Of a DNA stretch of 64,000 nucleotides, positions 11,701 through 23,307 are shown piece by piece. The position numbers and the translations under genes were made by a program. Below the pieces are notes generated by a model. That model saw nothing but the letters and a program-made list of their open reading frames with translations, searched no databases and had not been told where the DNA came from. The stretch comes from Paraspadella gotoi (taxonomy: Eukaryota > Animalia > Chaetognatha), in the NCBI GenBank assembly GCA_051294375.1, contig CM119267.1, positions 3,159,344-3,223,343 of the forward strand. Reading direction: 5' to 3'. Within the stretch, counting starts at the first letter, position 1; every line of letters starts with the position of its first letter.

Positions 11701-14700
11701 TTATGATATTTGATAATCTGTGAAAAGCAAAATGACTGGAAAAAAAAAGAAACAAAAAAGCCATAAATTCGACTTATTTCCTAAACGTTTTTTAGTATAT
11801 AGATTTAAAAAAATGTTATGAAAATGTGAACAATCTACATAGACGTTATAGGCAGGAGCATAAGCGTCACAAGCAGTAGTATCCGCTGAACCTGTCACGA
11901 TTTGGGAATACAATATTTTTGCAGTGGCAGTGTCTATGATATCAACCTTCTCTGATTCAAATTTAGCCGATAATGGTATTATCGCAAGAAATACTAAATA
12001 AAAAGTCGAACAAATTATTAAAGATAAAACTTTCAAATAAAAAGCTTTAAAGGGCATGAAGTTTGTTACACCTTTTGACATAAAGCAAACAAAGGGTAAA
12101 AGGACACAACCAATGAAACCAAATAAATTTTCTTCAATGAAAATAACCGTTATGATTTTTCGTTTAAATTCCTCCGGATCCTGGTTACAATTTACCCCGG
12201 CGGCTTTAACCAGCAATAGAGAGCTATCTTGAATTTGCCGCAAATAAAACAATAAAAAACAGGGTAAAGAAATAGTTAAAATATATAAAAATATTTTTAA
12301 AAAAGTGTTTTTAAACTTTTTTGATACTGTCTTTGATATATTTTCAAAAACCTTTTGTAGGATTATACAAGGAAATAATAAAGTTATGACCGACAAACTT
12401 TGTTGATGCTCTTGAATTTTCCACGAAGAACGATAGATAGCATCTTCAATGATGCTAAATGGTATTGACAATTCAATAATATCCCTCGTTTTCTTAGAAA
12501 TAAGAAAGTTTCCCTTTTCCACCCAACCACCAAGGCCTAAATAATTAACATGACGAAGAGAATAGTACAAGTTACAATATAAACTACCGACCAAGAAACC
12601 GCAGTAACATAAAGCAAAATACCATTTGGTTAATTCTTTTTTTATAATTAAAAAAAGGGCGTTACTTAATGTGCCAATCAGAAGATCTATAATAAAAAAA
12701 ATCAAAAAATATGTAAATTGAAACTGTGACGTGTAATAATTGCCAAAATTAGAGCGCGAAAAAGAGTAATATTGACGCTTTGTACAATCTCCACCCTCGA
12801 TAGTATGATTAAAATACTTTAGTCTTTCCCATCCATTATTGATAAAACCTTCTGTTTTGAAACATAAAATATATTGAATATCAAAGTAAAAGTTAAAACT
12901 TGCATTGATATCTTTTCTTATCATTTCAAATTCATCCATAGTAAGTGCTTCCTCTTGCTGCTCAATTTTTTGAATATCAGGATTCACATACAAAGACAGC
13001 TTTGGCGTCAGATCAAGGTAAAAATTTTGCAAGCCCCATGGTTGGATATTGTTTGTTGAAGTAATAATCTCGTGTTTTTTTAAATTAAACAGCAAAGAAA
13101 ATATCCACAAACAAATAAAATTCCGCAAAAACAACTCGAAAATAAAATGCTTTGATTGATTTCCGTTTGAACGATAAATTGTGGGCGAAAATATCATTTT
13201 GATAATTTCTAAAATTTCAGTTCTCGTAAAGACACAGAAGATAACTATGGGAGTAAAAAATACAAACCAGCCGCAATACTTTTGTACAACTCTGCAAATA
13301 ATTAGCATCGTAACTGTAATTTTAAACACACCGAGAAAAATTTCAAAAACTTGCCAAATCATGAAGACTGCAAGAAAAACTTTGGCTCTTATGCCTCGGG
13401 CTTTCTTGCTGAAAATTTGGGCGGCTTCGCTCCTGTACTGGATGGCAGCTTTGGCTAAGCTTAAGCAGGACAAGCACATTGAAAAAAGCCCAAATACATA
13501 GTTCGTTTTCCAGAAACACCTCTTGCCTGATCTATTCGTGGGACAAGTGCATTCTACATGCGTGTTGGTCATTGATCCATCGTCTCCTATTTCAAAGACG
13601 AAACCATATCTGGATAATAGAATTCGGCCAGCGATGTCGGACAGAGTTAAACAGACTTTGGACGATTCGCTCGTCCACATCATCGCCATGGCCGCCATCT
13701 GCACAAGCAGTTGTGGATAAGACTCGAAGAAAACTTGGATGAGGTTGAGTCTAAAGATGAGTTCCGCTTTCAATTCATCTCTCTTTGCCAATGATTCTTC
13801 AGATTCATCTCTCTTCTCTTTCAATTGATTTTCTGGCCTTATTTTCCCAGAATGCCTCATTTTATCTAAAATTCAGAAGTGTAAAAATCAATTAAGCTGT
13901 AGGTTAAGTGTAGGTTAAGGATTAATTTGATTAGGTTAGCGATTAAGTTTCAGGATTAGGTTAAAGTTAGGGCTTAGGGTTAGAAATCAGAGATAAGGGT
14001 TTAGGATTAGGGTTCAGGTCTAGGTTACGGTTTGAGATTAGGTTTTGGGTATAAGGATAGGTATTGAGTTATAAGTTTAAAAATACAGATCTGCTCAAAA
14101 AAAAGTTTAAACTTTGAACCCCCTACTATCTCTCTTGTCTGTCATCCTATTAATTAAAATTTGGGTTCATTTGAAAGCAAAGACAAATATCTTTCATTTG
14201 AGCCCATGATGAGGTTTTTAGGCTAGATATTATAGAAACTGTGCTAAAATAAAAAAAAGATCAAAATTTTGTTTTACAATTTTTTTTTTGTTTTGCGAAA
14301 ATAAATTTTTATTCATCTTTGTTTTTTGTTTTTTGTCTTTTAAACAGCTGATCCCTCAAAAGAAAGCTGCAATTGTTGAGCTTTGGAAGGCGGGTTTGTC
14401 AAGATATAGGATCCCCAAATAATTTTATTTTTTTCCTACAGCCATCTGCAAAGTTGTCAACAAATTTGAAGCAACTGACCCCTTGGACGAGCTGTTGGAA
14501 GCAGGCGGCCTCGCATGTCCACGGAGAGTGAGAACGATGACGTGAAAAGTCTCGCAATTCAAGACCGTAAGGCTTCTGCAAGCCAATTAAAAAAAATGGA
14601 GAGAAGAAGATGTGTTGCCAGTTGTTTAACAGTGAATGGTTGGCTTTTTATGGAGGATACAGCTCCTGGATACAAAGCTAAAACCACCCAAAAATGTCAT

Positions 14701-16153
14701 GAGGAAAATGGGATCGAGGTACTCAAAGGTTAGCCCGAAAAGTCCCCTGACTGCAACATCATCGAAGATGTCTGGTCAAGGAAGAAAAAGGATATTTTGC
14801 AGTATAACGCCATAACAGTCAACAAAATAAAAAAAATTAAAAATGTATTTGGGGAGCTGAACCCTTCATATTTGCGTAGCCTCTACAACTCTCTCCCTTG
14901 TTGCAGAGAGGTGGTGATGAAAAAAAATGGTAGTCTGACAATGTATTAACTAACTGAGTCCTAAAAAGTATTATTTTCCTTCAAATAACGAAATAAAATG
15001 CTTTTAACATAACTATTAAACTTTTTTTGAGCAGATCTGTAGGTTTAGTTTAAATATAAAAATTAAATTCATAGAAATGGGGCGCTCTGGGAAAATATTA
15101 CCGATTTTTTTTGCGTTTATCGAGCATTTGATCAACTGCCACAACGACCGATCCCAACCCAACCAAGTGAAGGGTTGAGGTTATGAACATTCGCCCACGA
15201 TTTTTAGTGAGACGAGGAAAGCTTTCGGCGAATTCACGGATGAAAGAAATTCCATGAAAAGCAGAAACTCCGGAGTGAAGTACAAGAATTGTCACCAAGA
15301 TCCAAGCAACAATTCTAAAATTTATAAAAATATAAAAATAAAAAATCTGCAAAAAGTTTTGTAAGTATTATTATTGCATTTCAAATAAAAATAATATATG
15401 TTATAAGAATATCTCATTCTTCTTAAAAATAGAATAAATAGTTGTTTGGTCACCAGAGGACTACCATAATTTTTCAAAATTTTGCTAAATGAGTTTTAAA
15501 AAAAACTTTATTATTTTTTTTGTTGGGTTTAGAATTTGAGATAAAAAGTTTTAATGAAAAAATTACAGACATATTTCGGTTTTAATTTCAGACCTGAAGA
15601 TAAGGCCAAAACATGTCTGTGATTTTTTCATTAAAATTTCTTTATGAAAACCAAAAAAACCTTTTTTTATCTCAGAAACAACTTTATAGCTGAAACATTG
15701 ATAATTAAAATAAGTAACTGAAAAGGGTCGATGTTATTTACTAGTTATCCATTCATTCAATAATTAAATTATCTTGCCCATAACTTTAGAAAGGCTATGG
15801 TGGGTAAAGGTCTCAATCCCCCTTACAAGATAATAACTGTTTAAGATAATGTTTTTTTCCCGGGAAACATGATTGTATGTATTTTAGTGGGATCGAACAA
15901 AAATAACAGATTAAATGGTTTTGTAGCACATCCACAACCTGTACATTTTTATTTTGTACATCTTAAAGGAGTATAAAACAACAAAGTAAAAATAAAAAAT
16001 ATATAATGGTATTATATATAAAATTTAACCAAAAAACCTTGAATGTTTGGACGCGGAGGCATAATAGTCGATGGAGAGTTTTAAGTCGGAACCAAAGTCT
16101 AAAAGTTGCAAGACCAAGGAGATAAAAGTGAAGGCTGCCTCTGATGGATTCAT
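11701..16153 (-). CDS. XK-related (XKR, scramblase family) multi-pass membrane protein, 3 exons, about 820 aa
   Basis: Exon 1 16153-16038 (MNPSEAAFTFISLVLQLLDFGSDLKLSIDYY..., donor AG|GT). Exon 2 15314-15102 (ttttag| acceptor, phase 2 match, hydrophobic helices). Exon 3 ~13837-11701 has the family motif IQVFFESYPQLLVQ (ExxPQ) and SCLSLA, plus many hydrophobic segments. Confidence 0.8.
13835..15102. mobile_element. TIR element (MITE) with degenerate TTAGGG-like interior, occupying XKR intron 2
   Basis: TIRs ggccttattttcccagaatgcctcattt / aaatggggcgctctgggaaaatattacc; flanks gattttct and gatttttt (7/8 TSD-like match); related ends at ~16551-16574, ~28950-28973, 31348/32141 and 36918. Confidence 0.7.
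14086..15039 (+). mobile_element. Degenerate Tc1/mariner transposon (internally deleted, DD34E remnant)
   Basis: TIRs cagatctgctcaaaaaaaagttt / aaactttttttgagcagatctg with TA on both sides; remnant FMEDTAPGYKAK...NGIEVLKG*PEKSPDCNIIEDVW matches the Tc1 QDNAP...WPxxSPDLNPIE motif. Confidence 0.9.
15548..15636. repeat. Imperfect palindrome in XKR intron 1
   Basis: ttttaatgaaaaaattacagacat...atgtctgtgattttttcattaaaa, with arms of about 40 bp. Confidence 0.75.
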
Positions 16154-16374
16154 TTTGCAGTTGTTAGTATGTACTGCTAACAATGAACGTAATATAAATA
16201 CTTATGTAGATAAGAAGCTTTTTGATAGGGATGATGATATAGATATTACTGTGGATATTGATTCTACAAACGGAGATGTAATATGTTGATTGACGCAGAT
16301 ACAGATGTGAATAAAGTTATGATATTAGAGATGTTGTGATGTTTTTATTGATAATTGATGTTATATCAAAAATG

Positions 16375-16574
16375 CAGTTTTTTTCCCCAAAATTTCAGCT
16401 TAAATTTTTAACCAAGTTTGTTTTTAAGTTTTACGATTAGATTAGGGGACAAGGATAGGGATTAGGTTAGGGTAAGGATTAAAGATTAGGTTAGGGATTT
16501 TTAAAAAGTTAAGAGTTAGTTATTAAAGTTATGAGATTAGGAACAGTAACGGGGCACTTTCGGAAAAAAGTGCC
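16375..16574. mobile_element. Copy of the TTAGGG-like MITE family
   Basis: ttaggg/ttagg degenerate array ending ggggcactttcggaaaaaagtgcc. Confidence 0.5.
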
Positions 16575-16647
16575 TGATGGAAAAAAATTGCTCGAGACCC
16601 ACTAGAACTTCGTGGACGACAAGAGTCGTTTGGTTGAGGAGAAACAA

Positions 16648-16694
<47 letters not shown>

Positions 16695-17130
16695 TAAACC
16701 TTTAGAAACTCTTTCAGATGTAATTTAGATTACACGTTGAATTATAATAAAAGAGAAATATTTTTGATAATGTTTGACATCGATGACAACAAAAACTAAT
16801 AGAGAAACTTAGAAATTGAGTCTTTGCGCCTTCGAAGTTGCGCGTTCCAGGATTGACGAAGCGATCTCGCTTGAATTCCTCTACAAACTATTTATTCATG
16901 AATAATAGTTTTTTTAAATCTTAATTATAACTGAATTGTAAAAAGGAGGTTTCTAAAGCGTCAAATTTAGTTGGTTCATTCATTAAAAAAAAAACTTATA
17001 TTTAAACATCAGCAGTCAAACAGCAGTCAAACAGACAGACCGACCGAAAAGAGATTTAAAAGGTTGCTAGTACTCGCGGAGATACTAATAATGATATTGA
17101 ATCTTTCCGAGTAAAATGGGTCATGGGAGG

Positions 17131-17212
<82 letters not shown>

Positions 17213-17415
17213 TTTTTGCGAAATTGATTTTAGTTAGACGTCAACTCCTGTCATCTATTTTCAGTAATTATAGGGATATGGAAATATTAACAATGGACTG
17301 ATTTATTATTTGACATATCGGGCAACATGTTTCTACAAAAAAAAGTATATCGTGGACGGAACAACGTCCACAATATCTCGATATTCGTTGAAATATATAT
17401 ATTTGTATTTTTCGT

Positions 17416-17450
<35 letters not shown>

Positions 17451-18728
17451 TTCTCGTCTTCTCTCTTCCATCTCTTCTCCCTTCTCTCATCTCTCTCCTC
17501 TCTCTCNNNNNNNNNNNNNNNNNNNNNNNNNNNNNNNNNNNNNNNNNNNNNNNNNNNNNNNNNNNNNNNNNNNNNNNNNNNNNNNNNNNNNNNNNNNNNN
17601 NNNNNNCCACAGCAAAAAAGTTTTCCCCTTGCACCATTCCCCATAAACGCGTATACTATTTCTTTTTTCTTTTGTAAAATGAACATATATATATCTTACT
17701 ATACTCTTACTACACAAAGTGTCCAATAGTGACGCAAAACAATTTAAAATCGTAGGAAAAGAAATTTTTGCAAAAACGGCGCAGAATATATCGTAAGGCT
17801 AGCAATCGATTCCTATCCGTATTCTTGCTACTAATTTTCCCGGTAAACCAACAGCGAGTCATAAGTGCGATCTTTCCTTCTATCTATTGATTCGCAACGA
17901 CTTCTCTCTTCCTTGCAACGTCAGAATTGGATTCTCAAACTTATATTGTATTCATCCGCGCTTTCGAATTGGAATGAAAGAAATAATAGAGAAAAGGCAA
18001 CAGGTTTAATTAGTAATTTGTAATTGATTTAGGGTAGTTAACTTATATACATATTTACAAAATTGGCCTTAATAGGCTTCTGACATTAGCGGGGTTGAGG
18101 CTTTCTCTACTTTTACCAACTTTTATGATACGATACGTACGTTACCAGGTTTGGGACCACGGGAAGGATTCATGTGTCTTCATACATGGGAGGGCTTTTC
18201 ATCAGGGCAGGATTTCACCCGGGCACATGGAGAAGGATTTCATGGGCAACCGTAAGAGTGAAGGACTTGACATGGATACACCAATAGGTTTTCCAAGTAG
18301 GGCCCTGGGTATTGGAGATCATTTCCGATGTTACCCAAGCTTCCCCAATAACTTATTTTTTATTTATTTATTTATTTATTTATTTATTAAACAATATCTC
18401 AGTAATACCAAAACAAATTATCTAGCAATCCAAACGTTAAAGTGGAGCTTAGGCCTTTCTGATATTATGTGGCCACGTTTATCAGAAATTCACTCCTCAC
18501 TTGCCCTCACCTAGTGGATTTCAAATTATCCCCCGCCTCCCACTCTTACCATTTGTGCACCATCTGCCCCATAACACCTTTCTCCGTCCACCTGCCCTCA
18601 CCCTCTACTGCTCCAGCCCGAATTATAAATGTATCCCCAACCCGGCTTTGTTAAACCTTTCAACTTTCTTCTTTTTCATTATCCTGGTCTATTCTGAGCA
18701 CCTCATACCCCTTTTATGCCAGAATTCA

Positions 18729-21422
18729 TCAAAACTCTTCCCCTTGTGGACCTCCCCCCTGAGGACCTTCCCCTTGTGCAACATTTAACTGCACCTCTTT
18801 CATCATCTTTTTTAGGACACCGTTTAGTTTTTTTCCTCGTTGAGAGTATTGTGATTGACCTCTTTCATCATCCTCAGAGTCATACTTTAAGATTAAATTT
18901 CCTTCATTATCAAAATCCTCCAACCTTGGTCTCTCTATTTTAAACCATTGATAAAGAACTGGTGAGCTCCTACCTTCATACAATTTCAGAACTGGCTTCT
19001 CCATTTTTAGCGCTAACATCTCTGCGGCTGGTTCATTTACATTCATGTTGATTCGACTTAAAATGTCAGCCACTATCATCTCTCTACTATCCCCTGCTTT
19101 ATGATGAACCTCAAATCGAAACTGCATCAAAAAATTCAACCACCTGGAAATTTTTTGAGACGAATCTCTCATGGTTGAGACGTAACGAAGTGAGCCATGG
19201 TCAGAAAATATGAGAAACGGTTGTGTGAGATAATGTCTAAACTTTTTAACCCAGTGTGTCATCGCAAATAATTCTTTTTCTGTAGTTGACCAATTAATCT
19301 CTGCCACCTTCAAAGTTCTAGAACCATATGCCAACAACAAGGACTTACCTTCCTTGTTAACTTGTGAGAGGGTTGCACCTATCCCTCTCCCTGATGCGTC
19401 GGTAGTTAATATTATAGGTAGTTTAGGGTCGTAGTAGTTTCTAACTGGTGCAGTTATTAACCTTCCCTTTAATGTGTCCATTGCCTCCTGGCAAGCTGCC
19501 GTCCATTTAAATGGTATCCCTTTACGAGTAAGTTCGATTATAGGGTTTAATATCTGACTATGAGATTTTATAAAGCTTCTATAATAGTTGCAAAGCCCCA
19601 AGAATCTCTGCACTTCCTTAACATTTTTAGGTACGGGATATTCAGTAACAGCATCTACAATATGTTTACATGTCTTTATTCCTCTCCCGGATATCACAAA
19701 CCCTAAAAATTCTACTGACCTCTGAAAAAGTTTACATTTATTAGCTCGAAGTTTTAGCTTGGCTTCTTTTAATTTATCTAACACTAAAAACAGTCTGCTT
19801 TTAGCCTCATCGTAGGTCCTGGCAAAGATAATTAGGTCATCAATGTAAACCACGGCTACCTTCCAGCATAATTCTCCTAACACGGCCTCCATCAGTGACT
19901 GATAACTGGCCGGGCCCGAATTAAGACCAAACGGCAGCCTCTTAAACTCGAACAACCCCTTAGAAGTGGCAAATGCCGTTATTCCCCTTGATTCCTCCTC
20001 GAGTTCCACCTGATGATAACCCTGGAAAAGATCCATAGTATGGAACCAAGCCTGCCCCCTGAACTGATCAATAATATGCTCTATGTTTGGTAATGGGTGA
20101 GCAGGTGGGGCTATTGACAGGGAATTGACTGCTCTATAATCTATACAGAGGCGATACCTACTCTTCCTTGCTTCCCAGGAAAGTACAATTCTTGAGCACC
20201 AATTGCTATTAGAGGTTTGAACGACATCCTGCTTTATCAGTTTTTTGACTTCTTTATCTATAAAAGAATTCTGATCATCAGAATACTTACGACATTTTTG
20301 TTTTATTGGCACTGCGTCAGGTTTTAAACGGATTTTATGTTTAATTCTGTGGGTGAAATTTAGTGGCTCTTCCTCCCATTGAAAAACCTTCTTATACTTT
20401 AGCAGCTCACTTTTTATTTCCCTTACTATTTTATCATCCAGATTTGAATTTTCCAAGCCAAAATTAATTTCCTCTAGTTTAACCTCATCAAAATCTTCAT
20501 AAGGTAAGGGGTCACTTACTTCCTCTTGCTTATTAGGGCAGTCAGCAAATTCCCCATTTCCTTCTATTATAGTACTTATTATCATTGGGCTATTCTCAGT
20601 AGCTATAAAGTTTCCATAGATTCTCTCTTTTTGTAAAATTATTTTTTCAGGGCCAAGATTTACGACTTGAGTTTCCACTAAGTCTTTTGACTCAGTTAAG
20701 GTCTCAATATTATTGATCCCTAATTTTATCATCTCCTCCCCTGGCTTTATGACTCCTTTACTTTTTATTTCCTCACCCCCTTCTATCCTAAACCTGACTT
20801 CTCTTAGACTATTTGGTAATAAGGTAATATCCTCCTCTATCCTTACTCTTCTTACACATCTGTCCTCCCGATATATCGTTTCCAAAATCAATTGACCTGC
20901 CTTGGGTTGAAAACAATTTCCATCCTGTAGATTAATATTAAATTTATGTCGACAAATCTCGTCAATTCCTAGTAAACCATCCATGCCCAAACCTCTTATT
21001 ACAAAGAATTTAATTGTTGCCTGATAATTTTTCTCAAACCCATAAAACATAACTGGTAATTTTACAACTCCTATACATTCAAGTTTTGAGCCATTTACTG
21101 TCTCAAAGGCAATGCCTGGTGGGCTTAAAATATAATTATTATCTGCATTAATAACTTGCCACTTTTCTTCGGCCAATAATGTTCTAACACTCCCTGTATC
21201 AAATCCTAATCTTATTTCTAACCCCCTTATTCCCACAGTCATCATAACATAGGTGGGCAACGTTTCATATTCATCATATATATCCTCTTGTACTATGCCT
21301 AAGGTCTTATCAATATCTTTAGTTCTATCCTCGATCCAGCCAATTACATTTTCCTCCCCAGGATAAGAAAACTTTTTAGTTTCGTTCACCCCCCCTTCGA
21401 GAGGGGGGCTTTCTAGTTTAAA
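18729..21422 (-). CDS. pol: Ty3/Gypsy Pol (aspartic protease, reverse transcriptase, RNase H); no integrase
   Basis: 886-aa ORF 18729..21389, extendable to the slippery site. Motifs FDTGS (protease), RLCIDYR, MDLFQGYHQV, LPFGL, YIDD (RT), TTDASG, EKELFA, FSDH, VADILSR (RNase H). About 100 aa without HHCC or DDE motifs follow before the stop. Confidence 0.95.
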   Translation of the reverse strand, partial: FKLESPPLEGGVNETKKFSYPGEENVIGWIEDRTKDIDKTLGIVQEDIYDEYETLPTYVMMTVGIRGLEIRLGFDTGSVRTLLAEEKWQVINADNNYILSPPGIAFETVNGSKLECIGVVKLPVMFYGFEKNYQATIKFFVIRGLGMDGLLGIDEICRHKFNINLQDGNCFQPKAGQLILETIYREDRCVRRVRIEEDITLLPNSLREVRFRIEGGEEIKSKGVIKPGEEMIKLGINNIETLTESKDLVETQVVNLGPEKIILQKERIYGNFIATENSPMIISTIIEGNGEFADCPNKQEEVSDPLPYEDFDEVKLEEINFGLENSNLDDKIVREIKSELLKYKKVFQWEEEPLNFTHRIKHKIRLKPDAVPIKQKCRKYSDDQNSFIDKEVKKLIKQDVVQTSNSNWCSRIVLSWEARKSRYRLCIDYRAVNSLSIAPPAHPLPNIEHIIDQFRGQAWFHTMDLFQGYHQVELEEESRGITAFATSKGLFEFKRLPFGLNSGPASYQSLMEAVLGELCWKVAVVYIDDLIIFARTYDEAKSRLFLVLDKLKEAKLKLRANKCKLFQRSVEFLGFVISGRGIKTCKHIVDAVTEYPVPKNVKEVQRFLGLCNYYRSFIKSHSQILNPIIELTRKGIPFKWTAACQEAMDTLKGRLITAPVRNYYDPKLPIILTTDASGRGIGATLSQVNKEGKSLLLAYGSRTLKVAEINWSTTEKELFAMTHWVKKFRHYLTQPFLIFSDHGSLRYVSTMRDSSQKISRWLNFLMQFRFEVHHKAGDSREMIVADILSRINMNVNEPAAEMLALKMEKPVLKLYEGRSSPVLYQWFKIERPRLEDFDNEGNLILKYDSEDDERGQSQYSQRGKKLNGVLKKMMKEVQLNVAQGEGPQGGGPQGEEF
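21390..21422 (-). promoter_or_regulatory. -1 programmed ribosomal frameshift signal (gag-pol)
   Basis: Slippery heptamer T TTA AAC (21422-21416) directly before the gag TAG, a 7-nt spacer, then hairpin CCCCCCT-ctcga-AGGGGGG. The -1 frame reads FKLESPPLEGGVNET straight into pol. Confidence 0.9.
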
Positions 21423-22771
21423 GGACCCTTCCCTCCTTCATCTGGTTTGTTTGCCACCATGGTTTGCCTTTGGTCGAGTCTCTGGTTCATTTTTATGCAA
21501 TGAGCATTATTAGCTTGAATGTGCCCATGCGTTACTTGGTGATTATTACCATTTTTAGTTACTGCCTTTTTTCCCTCTAATTCCCACACTAGTCTATCTA
21601 TCGTTTCATAAGGGCAATCCACTCTTTTGTGCCCCACCGCTTCACAACGCCAGCACTGTATGCCTGAACTTCTAGGCCTATTTCCCCTACTATATCCGCC
21701 CCTATTCGTCCCTCTTCCACTATTGTGAGTCATGAAATTATCTCTACCTGACCCATTTCTATCTCCTCTTGTGGACAAACCTTCCCTAACTATCCCCCTG
21801 TCACTTCCCCCTGGCGACGACTTCCCCCTCACCACTTCCCCCTGATTCACTGTTTGGGAAGCCGGCTCAGTACTTATGTTTTCCTGAACCCCTCCAACAA
21901 AAACATTTTGGCTTATTAATAGTTCATCAGCCTTAGCCACCATAATATCCAAAGAAGCGCCATTTTGTAAGGTTGCCCTTAAAATTTTCCTATCCGTCAA
22001 TACTAATGAATCAAAGACTTTATGCTTCATCATCTCGATAGCAAATGAACTATTAGGGTCTTCCCCACTTCGCCGTACATACATTCTACATCTATCAATA
22101 AAAGTCGTAAGCGATTCATTGGGATGTTTTCTAGCCGACATAAAATATTCTTTGTTCTTTTGTTCGCTCAAGGGATCCAGTTTTCTTCTCATACTCTGAA
22201 ATAATTCCTCAATTGACGATTTTTCGGCGTGGGTCAATGAATCAAAGGCCCTTTTTGCTGCCCCTAGCAAGCTGGTTGGCAAGGCGCACAGCAGTCGTTC
22301 ATTATCCCACTTATTACAAGTTACACAAGCCTGAACTTTATCTTGCCATTCATCAAATTCTCCCGTTACTCCATCGTAGTTTGGTAACTTTTGCTGGGTC
22401 ATCGTCCTTGCCATCTCTTGACTTACTCTCATTCTTTCAAACTCATCTCGGAGCTCACCTAAATCTTCTCTGTGTCCTTCTTTTTGGCTGTTAATTATTT
22501 TTACATAAGTATCTTTATCCTCCGCTGACTGCCTCTTTGCTTCCAGCAGCGTTTCCCTTATGTTTTCCCCTTGTGCTATTATACTGTCATTTTGCACCTT
22601 TAATGCATTGGCGAAAAGTTCTCCCAAGTTTTTTATCAACTCCCTTTGATCCCCCATATTAATATTTTGCTCTTGATTTCCTCGTTCCATCCTCAATTGT
22701 TGATTTTCCATTTGACTTTTCCCTGTTAATGATTTTCTCTCCGCTATTTGTTTTCTTTTCCTGGTTTCCAT
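21413..22771 (-). CDS. gag: Retrotransposon Gag with CCHC zinc knuckle
   Basis: 452-aa intact ORF; coiled-coil N-terminus, LPNYDG...FDEW capsid-like region, RGG-rich stretch, CWRCEAVGHKRVDC. Confidence 0.92.
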   Translation of the reverse strand: METRKRKQIAERKSLTGKSQMENQQLRMERGNQEQNINMGDQRELIKNLGELFANALKVQNDSIIAQGENIRETLLEAKRQSAEDKDTYVKIINSQKEGHREDLGELRDEFERMRVSQEMARTMTQQKLPNYDGVTGEFDEWQDKVQACVTCNKWDNERLLCALPTSLLGAAKRAFDSLTHAEKSSIEELFQSMRRKLDPLSEQKNKEYFMSARKHPNESLTTFIDRCRMYVRRSGEDPNSSFAIEMMKHKVFDSLVLTDRKILRATLQNGASLDIMVAKADELLISQNVFVGGVQENISTEPASQTVNQGEVVRGKSSPGGSDRGIVREGLSTRGDRNGSGRDNFMTHNSGRGTNRGGYSRGNRPRSSGIQCWRCEAVGHKRVDCPYETIDRLVWELEGKKAVTKNGNNHQVTHGHIQANNAHCIKMNQRLDQRQTMVANKPDEGGKGPLN

Positions 22772-22774
22772 ACA

Positions 22775-23023
22775 CTACTGTGATTTAACGTTACACCTTA
22801 TTTCCAATTTATCTCCGTTTACTTGATAAATTTCTATATCTTTTATTGTAATCTTTTTTGGCACTGGGTCTAGTTTAAGTGGTTCTAAGGATCCTTGTAT
22901 TAAGGATAGAATTCTACCTTCAAAGCTATGGTTATTTGTTACTCGTTCAAGTATAGCAGGCCCAAAATCTCTGCTATTCCCCCCTTCGCCTAAAATCCCC
23001 CTATTCTCAGCGGATCCAACCAT
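22775..23023 (-). CDS. Short upstream ORF (82 aa) in the retroelement leader
   Basis: ATG-initiated ORF ending 3 nt before the gag ATG; no recognisable motif. Confidence 0.3.
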   Translation of the reverse strand: MVGSAENRGILGEGGNSRDFGPAILERVTNNHSFEGRILSLIQGSLEPLKLDPVPKKITIKDIEIYQVNGDKLEIRCNVKSQ

Positions 23024-23293
23024 TAATGTTGAATATTAATTATCTTTAGTTTTAGTCAAGTTTCGATGACTTAATTAAAGCTTTTAAAAATGTTTACTCT
23101 TGTAACTTTTTTATTATTTTTATTTATTTGTATTTTTAATTTCTGAAGACTTACTAGTGCTTCTGCGACAGAAGGCTATTTAGAAAAGTTGTCAAGCCGT
23201 AGGAACTGCAGCCATGGATTGGAAAAAAAAAAATTTAAATTTAAATTTTAAGCTTCAAGCTACTCTATCAGAGATCCCGGCCGTGTGTTCGAT

Positions 23294-23305
23294 CATTGGG
23301 CGCCA
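23294..23305 (-). promoter_or_regulatory. Primer-binding site (TGGCGCCCAA, tRNA-Lys-like)
   Basis: Minus strand ...ctagaaCA tt TGGCGCCCAATG, directly after the LTR CA end. Confidence 0.8.
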
Positions 23306-23307
23306 AA

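Noticed and set aside
18095-18943. Plus-strand ORFs as a tyrosine recombinase or other integrase substitute (DIRS-like)
   Set aside because: Short, with no recombinase or nuclease motifs, and interrupted by (TTTA)n; the protease plus PBS fit Ty3/Gypsy.
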